Source: the human T2T-CHM13v2.0 reference genome, Homo sapiens
Reading direction: 5' to 3' (one strand)
NCBI RefSeq assembly: GCF_009914755.1
Contig: NC_060933.1
DNA: 64,000 nucleotides
The first letter of the stretch is position 1, and each line of letters starts with the position of its first letter. A program made the position numbers and the translations under genes. Under the pieces are notes generated by a model. That model ran no database searches and was not told the DNA's origin. It was given only the letters and a program-made list of their open reading frames with translations. This document shows, piece after piece, positions 55,769 to 64,000 of this stretch.

Positions 55769-57829
55769 AATTCGTTCCATTCCATTCTATTCCGTACCAT
55801 TCCATTCCATTCCATACCATTCCATTCCATTCCATTCCATTCCATTCCATTCCATTCCATTCCATTCCTTTCCATTCCGTTCCATTCCATTTCATTCCAT
55901 TCTATTCGGGTTAATTCCATTCCATTCCATTCCATTCCATTCTATTCCATTCCATTGCAATCGAGTTGAATCCATTGCATTTCATTCCACTCCATTCCAT
56001 TCCATTCCATTCCAGAAGATTCCATTCCATTGCATTCCATTCCATTCCATTCCCCTGCACTCGCGTTGATTCCATTCCATTCCATTCCATTCCATTCCAT
56101 TCCGTTCCGTTCCATTCCATTCCATTCCATTCTATTCGGGTTAATTCCATTCCATTCCATTCTATTGCAATCGAGCTGATTCCATTCCATTCCATTCCAT
56201 TCCATTCCATTCCATTCCTTTCCATTCCATTACGGATGAATCCATTCCATTGCATTACATTCCATTCCATTCCCCTGTACTCGGGTTGATTCCATTCCAT
56301 TCCATTCCAATCCATGCCATTCCACTCGTGTTGATTCCATTCTTTCCATTCCATTCAAGTTGAATCCATTCCATTGCATTCCATTCCATTCGATTCCATT
56401 CGATTGCACTCGGGTTGATTCCATTCCATTGCATTGCATTCCATTCCATTCCATTCCATTCCATTCCGTTCCATTCCATTCCATTACATTCGGATTGATT
56501 CTATTCAATTCCCTTACACTCCATTACATTCCATTCCATTCGGGTAGTTTCCACTCTATTCCATTCCATTCCTCTCCATTCCATTGCACTCGGGTTGATT
56601 CCATTCCATTGCATTCCCTTCCATTCCATTCAATTCCATTCCGTTCCATTCCATTCCATTACATTCGGATTGATTCTATTCAACTCCCTTACTCTCCATT
56701 ACATTCCATTCCATTCGGGTTGTTCCATTCCATTCCATTCCATTCCACTCCATTCCATTGCACTCGGGTTTATTCCATTCCATTCCATTCCATTCCGGAA
56801 GATTCCATTCCATTGCATTCCATTACATTCCATTCCCCTGCACTCGCGTTGATTCCATTCCATTCCATTCCATTCCATTCCATTCCATTCCATTCCATTC
56901 CATTCCTTTCCGTTCCATTGCATTGCATTCCATTCCATTCCATTCCTTTCCGTTCCGTTCCGTTCCGTTCCATTCCATTCAATTCCATTCTATTCGGGTT
57001 AATTCCATTCCATTCCATTCGATTGCAATCGAGTTGATTCCATTCCATTCCATTCCATTCCATTCCTTTCCATTCCATTACGGATGATTCCATTCCATTG
57101 CATTCCATGCCATTCCATTCCCCTGTACTGGGGTTGATTCCATTCCATTCCATTCCAATCCATACCATTCCACTCGTGTAGATTCCTTTCTTTCCATTCC
57201 ATTCAAGTTGAATCCATTCCATTGCATTCCATTCCATTCGATTCCATTCGATTGCACTCGGGTTGATTCCATTCCATTGCATTCCATTCCATTCCATTCC
57301 ATTCCATTCCGTTCCATTCCATTTCATTACATTCAGATTGATTCTATTCAATTCCCTTACACTCCATTATATTCCAATCCATTCTTGTTGTATCCATTCC
57401 ATTCCATTCCATTTCACTCCATTCCATTGCACTCGGGTTGATTCAATTCCATTCCATTCCATTGCATTCCATTCTATTCCATTCCGGATGATTCCATTCC
57501 ATTGCATTCCATTCCATTCCATTCCCCTGCACTCGGGTTGATTCCATTCCATTCCATTCCGTTACATTCCGTACCATTCCATTCCATTCGGATTGATTGT
57601 ATTCAATTCCCTTACACTCCATTACATTCCATTCCATTCGGGTAGTTTCCATTCCATTCCATTCCATTCCTCTCCATTCCATTGCACTCGGGTTGATTCC
57701 ATTCCATTCCATTCCATTCCATTCCATTACATTACATTACATTCCGTTCCAATGTACTCGGGTTGATTCCATTCCATTGCATTCCATTCCATTCCATTCC
57801 ATTCCATTCCATTCCGTTCCATTCCATTA

Positions 57830-60800
57830 CATTCGGATTGATTCTATTCAACTCCCTTACTCTCCATTACATTCCATTCCATTCGGGTTGTTCCATTCCA
57901 TTCCATTCCATTCCACTCCATTCCATTGCACTCGGGTTGATTCCATTCCATTCCATTCCATTCCATTCCATTCCATTCCATTCCATTCCGGATGTTTCCA
58001 TTCCATTGCAATCCGTTCCATTACATTCCCCTGCACTCGGGTTGATTCCATTCCATTCCATTCCATTCCATTCGATTCCATTCCATTCCAATTCTTTCCA
58101 TTCCATTCTATTCCGTACCATTCCATTCCATTCCATACAATTCCATTCCATTCCATTCCACTCCGTTCCGTTCCGTTCCGTTCCGTTCCATTCCATTCCA
58201 TTCCATTCTATTCGGTTTAATTCCATTCCATTCCATTCCATTCCATTCTATTCCATTCCATTGCAATCGAGTTGAATCCATTGCGTTCCATTCCATTCCA
58301 TTCCATTCCATTCCGGAAGATTCCATTCCATTGCATTCCATTCCATGCCATTCCATTCCATTCCATTCCATTCCATTGTACTCGGGTTGATTCCATTCCA
58401 TTGCATTCCATTCCATTCCATTCCATTCCATTCCATTCCGTTCCATTCCATTTCATTACATTCAGATTGATTCTATTCAATTACCTTACACTCCATTATA
58501 TTCCAATCCATTCTGGTTGTTTCCATTCCACTCCATTCCATTGCACTCGGGTTTATTCCATTCCATTCCATTCCATTCCATTCCATTCCATTCCGGATGA
58601 TTCCATTCCATTGCATTCCGTTCCATTACATTCCCCTGCACTCGCGTTGATTCCATTCCATTCCATTCCATTCCATTCAATTCCATTCCATTACAATTCG
58701 TTCCATTCCATTCTATTCCGTACCATTCCATTCCATTCCATACCATTCCATTCCATTCCATTCCATTCCATTCCGTTCCATTCCGTTCCATTCCATTCCA
58801 TTCCATTCTATTTGGGTTAATTCCATTCCATTCCATTCCATTCCATTCTATTCCATTCCATTGCAATCGAGTTGAATCCATTGCATTTCATTCCATTCCA
58901 TTACATTCCATTCCATTCCGGAAGATTCCATTCCATTGCATTCCATTCCATTCCATTCCCCTGCACTCGCGTTGATTCCATTCCATTCCATTCCATTCCA
59001 TTCCATTCCATTCCATTCCGTTCCGTTCCATTCCATTCCATTCCATGCCATTCCGTTCGGTTCCATTCCATTCCATTCCATTCCATTCTATTCTGGTTAA
59101 TTCCATTCCATTCCATTCGATTGCAATCGAGTTGAGTCCTTCCATTCCATTCCATTCCATTCCATTCCTTTCCATTCCATTACGGATGATTCCATTCCAT
59201 TGCATTCCATTCCATTCCGTTCCCCTGTACTCGGGTTGATTCAATTCCATTCCATTCCAATCCATGCCATTCCACTCGTGTTGATTCCATTCTTTCCATT
59301 CCTTTCAAGTTGAATCCATTCCATTGCATTCCATTCCATTCGATTCCATTCGATTGCACTCGGGTTGATTCCATTCCATTGCATTCCATTCCATTCCATT
59401 CCATTCCGTTCCATTCCATTCCATTACATTCGGATTGATTCTATTCAATTCCCTTACACTCCATTACATTCCATTCCATTGGGGTAGTTTCCATTCCACT
59501 CCATTCCATTCCTCTCCATTCCATTGCACTCGGGTTGATTCCATTCCATTGCATTCCATTCCATTCCATTCCATTCCATTCCATTCCGTTCCATTCCATT
59601 CCATTACATTCGGATTGATTCTATTCAACTCCCTTACTCTCCATTACATTCCATTGCATTCGGGTTGTTCCATTCCATTCCATTCCATTCCACTCCATTC
59701 CATTGCACTCGGGTTTATTCCATTCCATTCCATTCCATTCCATTCCATTCCATTCCATTCCATTCCGGAAGATTCCATTCCATTGCATTCCATTCCATTC
59801 CATTCCCCTGCACTCAGGTGGATTCCATTCCATTCAATTCCATTCCTTTCCGTTCCATTCCATTCCATTCCATTCCATTCCAATCCATTCCATTCTGTTC
59901 CTTTCCGTTCCATTCCATTCCATTCCATTCTATTCTGGTTAATTCCATTCCATTCCATTCGATTGCAATCGAGTTGATTCCATTCGATTCCATTCCATTC
60001 CATTCCATTCCATTCCTTTCCATTCCGTTACGGATGATTCCATTCCATTGCATTCCATTCCATTCCATTACCATGTACTCGGGTTGATTCCCTTCCATTC
60101 CATTCCATTCCAATCCATGCCATTCCACTCGTCTTGATTCCATTCTTTCCATTCCATTCAAGTTGAATCCATTCCATTGCATTCCATTCCATTCCATTCC
60201 CCTGCAGTCGGGTTGATTCCATTCCATTCCATTCCATTCCATTCCGGATGATTCCATTCCATTGCATTCCATTCCATTCCAATCCCCTGCACTCGGGTTG
60301 ATTCCATTCCATTCCACTCCATTGCGTTCCACTCCATTCCATTCCATTGTATTCGTGTTAATTCCATTCCATTCCATTCCATTCCATTCCATTCCATTCC
60401 ATTACAATCGAGTTGATTCCATTGCATTCCATTCCATTCCAGTCCTTTCCATTCCATTCCACTCGGGTTGATTCCATTCTATTAGTTTCCCTTCCATTCC
60501 TTTCCCTTCCATTCCACTCTGGTTGATTCCATTCCTTTCCATTCCACTCGAATACATTCCCTCCTATTCCACTCGGAATGATTCCATTCCATTCCATTCC
60601 ATTCCATTCCATTCCATTCCATTCCATTCCATTCCATTTCGTTCCATTCCATTCTATTCCGTATCATTCCATTCCATTCCATTCCATTCCACTCCATTCC
60701 ATTCCACTCGTGTTGATTCCACTCCTTTCCATTCCATTCGGTTTGAAGGCATTCCATTCCATTCCATTTAATTCCATTCCATTCCATTCCATTCCATTCC

Positions 60801-63800
60801 ATTCCATTCCATTGTACTCGGGTTGATTCCATTCCATTGCATTCCATTCCATTCCATTCGATTCCATTCCTTTGCATTCCATTCCATTACATTCGGATTG
60901 ATTCTATTCAACTCCCTTACTCTCCATTACATTCCATTCCATTCGGGTTGTTCCATTCCATTCCATTCCATTCCACTCCATTCCATTGCACTCGGGTTGA
61001 TTCCATTCCATTCCATTCCATTCCATTCCATTCCATTCCATTCCATTCCGGATGATTCCATTCCATTGCATTCCGTTCCATTACATTCCCCTGCTCTCGC
61101 GTTGATTCCATTCCATTCCATTCCATTCCATTCAATTCCATTCCATTAGAATTCGTTGCATTCCATTCTATTCCGTACCATTCCATTCCATTCCATACCA
61201 TTCCATTCCATTCCATTCCATTCCATTCCGTTCCATTCCGTTCCATTCCATTCAATTCCATTCTATTCGGATTAATTCCATTCCATTCCATTCCATTCCA
61301 TTCTATTCCATTCCATTGCAATCGAGTTGAATCCATTGCATTTCATGCCATTCCATTCCATTCCATTCCATTCCGGAAGATTCCATTCCATTGCATTCCA
61401 TTCCATTCCATTCCCCTGCACTCGCGTTGATTCCATTCCATTCCATTCCATTCCGTTCCGTTCTATTCCATTCCATTCCATTCCATTCCATTCCATTCCA
61501 TTCCATTCCGTTCCGTTCCATTCCATTCCATTCCATTCTATTCGGGTTAATTCCATTCCATTCCATTCGATTGCAATCGAGTTCATTCCATTCCATTCCA
61601 TTCCATTCCATTCCATTCCATTCCTTTCCATTCCATTCCATTCCTTTCCAGTCCATTACGGATGATTCCATTCCATTGCATTCCATTCCATTCCATTCCC
61701 CTGTAGTCGGGTTGATTCCATTCCATTCCATTCCAATCCATGCCATTCCACTCGTGTTGATTCCATTCTTTCCATTCCATTCAAGTTGAATCCATTCCAT
61801 TGCATTCCATTCCATTCGATTCCATTCGATTGCACTCGGGTTGATTCCATTCCATTGCATTCCATTCCATTCCATTCCATTCCATTACATTCCGTTCCAT
61901 TCCAGTTCATTACATTCCGTTTGATTCTATTCAATTCCCTTACACTCCATTACATTCCATTCCATTCGGGTAGTTTCCATTCCATTCCATTCCATTCCTC
62001 TCCATTCCATTGCACTCGGGTTGATTCCATTCCATTGCATTCCTTTCCATTCCATTCAATTCCATTCCGTTCCATTCCATTCCATTACATTCGGATTGAT
62101 TCTATTCAACTCCCTTACTCTCCATTACATTCCATTCCATTCGGGTTGTTCCATTCCTTTCCATTCCATTCCACTCCATTCCATTGCACTCGGGTTGATT
62201 CCATTCCATTCCATTCCATTCCATTCCATTCCATTCCATTCCATTCCGGAAGATTCCATTCCATTGCATTCCGTTCCATTACATTCCCCTGCACTCGTGT
62301 TGATTCCATTCCATTCCATTCCATTCCATTCGATTCCATTCCATTCCAATTCTTTCCATTCTTTTCTATTCCGTACCATTCCATTCCATTCCACACAATT
62401 CCATTCCATTCCATTCCACTCCGTTCCGTTCCGTTCCGTTCCGTTCCATTCCATTCCATTCCATTCTATTCGGTTTAATTCCATTCCATTCCATTCCATT
62501 CCATTCTATTCCATTCCATTGCAATCGAGTTGAATCCATTGCATTCCATTCCATTCCATTCCATTCCATTCCATTCCATTCCATTCCGGAAGATTCCATT
62601 CCATTGCATTGCATTCCATGCCATTCCATTCCATTCCATTCCATTCCATTGTACTCGGGTTGATTCCATTCCATTGCATTCCATTCCATTCCATTCCATT
62701 CCATTCCATTCCATTCCGTTCCATTCCATTTCATTACATTCAGATTGATTCTATTCAATTACCTTACACTCCATTATATTCCAATCCATTCTGGTTGTTT
62801 CCATTCCACTCCATTCCATTACACTCGGGTTTATTCCATTCCATTCCATTCCATTCCATTCCATTCCGGATGATTCCATTCCATTGCATTCCGTTCCATT
62901 ACATTCCCCTGCACTCGCGTTGATTCCATTCCATTCCATTCAATTCCATTCCATTACAATTCGTTCCGTTCCATTCTATTCCGTACCATTCCATTCCATT
63001 CCATACCATTCCATTCCATTCCATTCCATTCCATTCCGTTCCATTCCGTTCCATTCCATTCCATTGCATTCTATTTGGGTTAATCCTATTCCATTCCATT
63101 CCATTCCATTCCATTCCATTCCATTCTATTCCATTCCATTGCAATCGAGTTGAATCCATTGCATTTCATTCCATTCCATTACATTCCATTCCATTCCGGA
63201 AGATTCCATTCCATTGCATTCCATTCCATTCCATTCCACTGCACTCGCGTTGATTCCATTCCATTCCATTCCATTCCATTCCATTCCATTCCATTCCATT
63301 CCGTTCCGTTCCGTTCCATTCCATTCCATTCCATGCCATTCCGTTCGGTTCCATTCCATTCCATTCCATTCCATTCCATTCTATTCGGGTTAATTCCATT
63401 CCATTCCATTCGATTGCAATCGAGTTGATTCCATTCCATTCCATTCCATTCCATTCCATTCCATTCCATTCCATTCCTTTCCATTCCATTACGGATGATT
63501 CCATTCCATTGCATTCCATTCCATTCCATTCCCCTGTACTCGGGTTGATTCCATTCCATTCTATTCCAATCCATGCCATTCCACTCGTGTTGATTCCATT
63601 CTTTCCATTCCATTCAAGTTGAATCCATTCCATTGCATTCCATTCCATTCGATTCCATTCGATTGCACTCGGGTTGATTCCATTCCATTGCATTCCATTC
63701 CATTCCATTCCATTCCATTCCATTCCATTCCGTTCCATTCCATTCCATTACATTCGGATTGATTCTATTCAATTCCCGTACACTCCATTGCATTCCATTC

Positions 63801-64000
63801 CATTGGGGTAGTTTCCATTCCACTCCATTCCATTCCTCTCCATTCCATTGCACTCGGGTTGATTCCATTCCATTGCATTCCATTCCATTCCATTCCATTC
63901 CATTCCGTTCCATTACATTCCATTACATTCGTTTTGATTCTATTCAACTCCCTTACTCTCCATTACATTCCATTCCATTCGGGTTGTTCCATTCCATTGC
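57830..64000 (+). repeat. ~1.8-1.9-kb block duplicated at offset ~4.26-4.32 kb (~57830-59660 vs ~62090-64000)
   Basis: Shared private variants: CAATTACCTTAC (58478/62756), ATGCCATTCCGTTCGGTTCC (59045/63333), CATTGGGGTAGTTT (59477/63801), TATTTGGGTTAA (58809/63072). ORF pairs 57763/62021 and 58872/63150. Confidence 0.87.

Larger units (their letters stand above)
1..64000 (+). repeat. Human satellite III (HSat3) array, (CATTC)n/(GAATG)n with interspersed A(C/T)TCGGGTTG-type junctions; pericentromeric heterochromatin
   Basis: Every line consists of CATTC pentamers or near variants. The decamer ACTCGGGTTG/ATTCGGGTT, the classical satellite III spacer (CAACCCGAGT on the - strand), recurs hundreds of times. 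The CATTCGATTC-dominated pattern of HSat2 is only a minor component. The C/T-rich strand is + throughout. Confidence 0.98.

Noticed and set aside
3-63947. Hundreds of ORFs of 60-349 aa on both strands
   Set aside because: They are artefacts of a pentamer lacking stop codons. All frames give (HSIPF)n or (MEWNG)n and overlap in all six frames, with no domain, splice structure or coding bias.
1871-63990. CRISPR-like pattern of conserved words separated by variable-length sequence
   Set aside because: The intervening sequence is CATTC repeat rather than unique spacers, spacing is irregular, there are no cas genes, and the context is a eukaryotic satellite.
1-64000. Array inversion or embedded L1/Alu/ERV
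   Set aside because: No (GAATG)n tract on the + strand, no poly-A tail, no target-site duplication and no non-satellite stretch was seen.
1-64000. HSat2, DYZ1 (~3.6-kb unit), alpha satellite or telomeric repeat
   Set aside because: CATTCGATTC is minor, there is no persistent 3.6-kb or 1.8-kb period, no 171-bp alphoid monomer or CENP-B box, and no TTAGGG array.
1-64000. Canonical G-quadruplex on the - strand
   Set aside because: G-tracts are nearly all GG, with only isolated GGG/GGGG. No four closely spaced G3 runs were seen. (GGAAT)n fold-backs are a generic known property and not specific to this window.
1-64000. A previously undescribed gene-encoded biological system
   Set aside because: There is no coding or structured-RNA locus to support it. 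Any novelty here is limited to repeat architecture and motif content.

Overview
All 64 kb is one uninterrupted block of primate classical satellite III (human HSat3). (CATTC)n runs on the + strand, (GAATG)n on the - strand, punctuated by a small set of junction words such as A(C/T)TCGGGTTG, ATCGAGTTG, CCGGATG and CCGGAAG. The motif set best fits the HSat3B / chr9q12-type array, but that assignment is inference. I saw no inversion of array polarity, no TE insertion, no RNA gene and no credible protein gene. All listed ORFs are (HSIPF)n or (MEWNG)n read-throughs of a stop-poor pentamer. The real structure is a nested duplication history: a young ~8.2-kb higher-order unit in about 2.6 copies (~10.6-33.3 kb), an older ~33-37-kb-offset duplication (1-9.9 kb vs 36.8-42.3 kb), and local duplications with offsets of ~4.3 kb, 1689, ~1000, ~683, 329, 85, 74, 65 and 55 bp. 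The most functionally suggestive signals are about 45-50 perfect three-unit heat-shock elements (TTCnnGAAnnTTC) in one junction word, and recurrent palindromic junction words that look like single-pentamer micro-inversions. I found no evidence of a novel gene-encoded system. All counts and boundaries were read by eye and are approximate.
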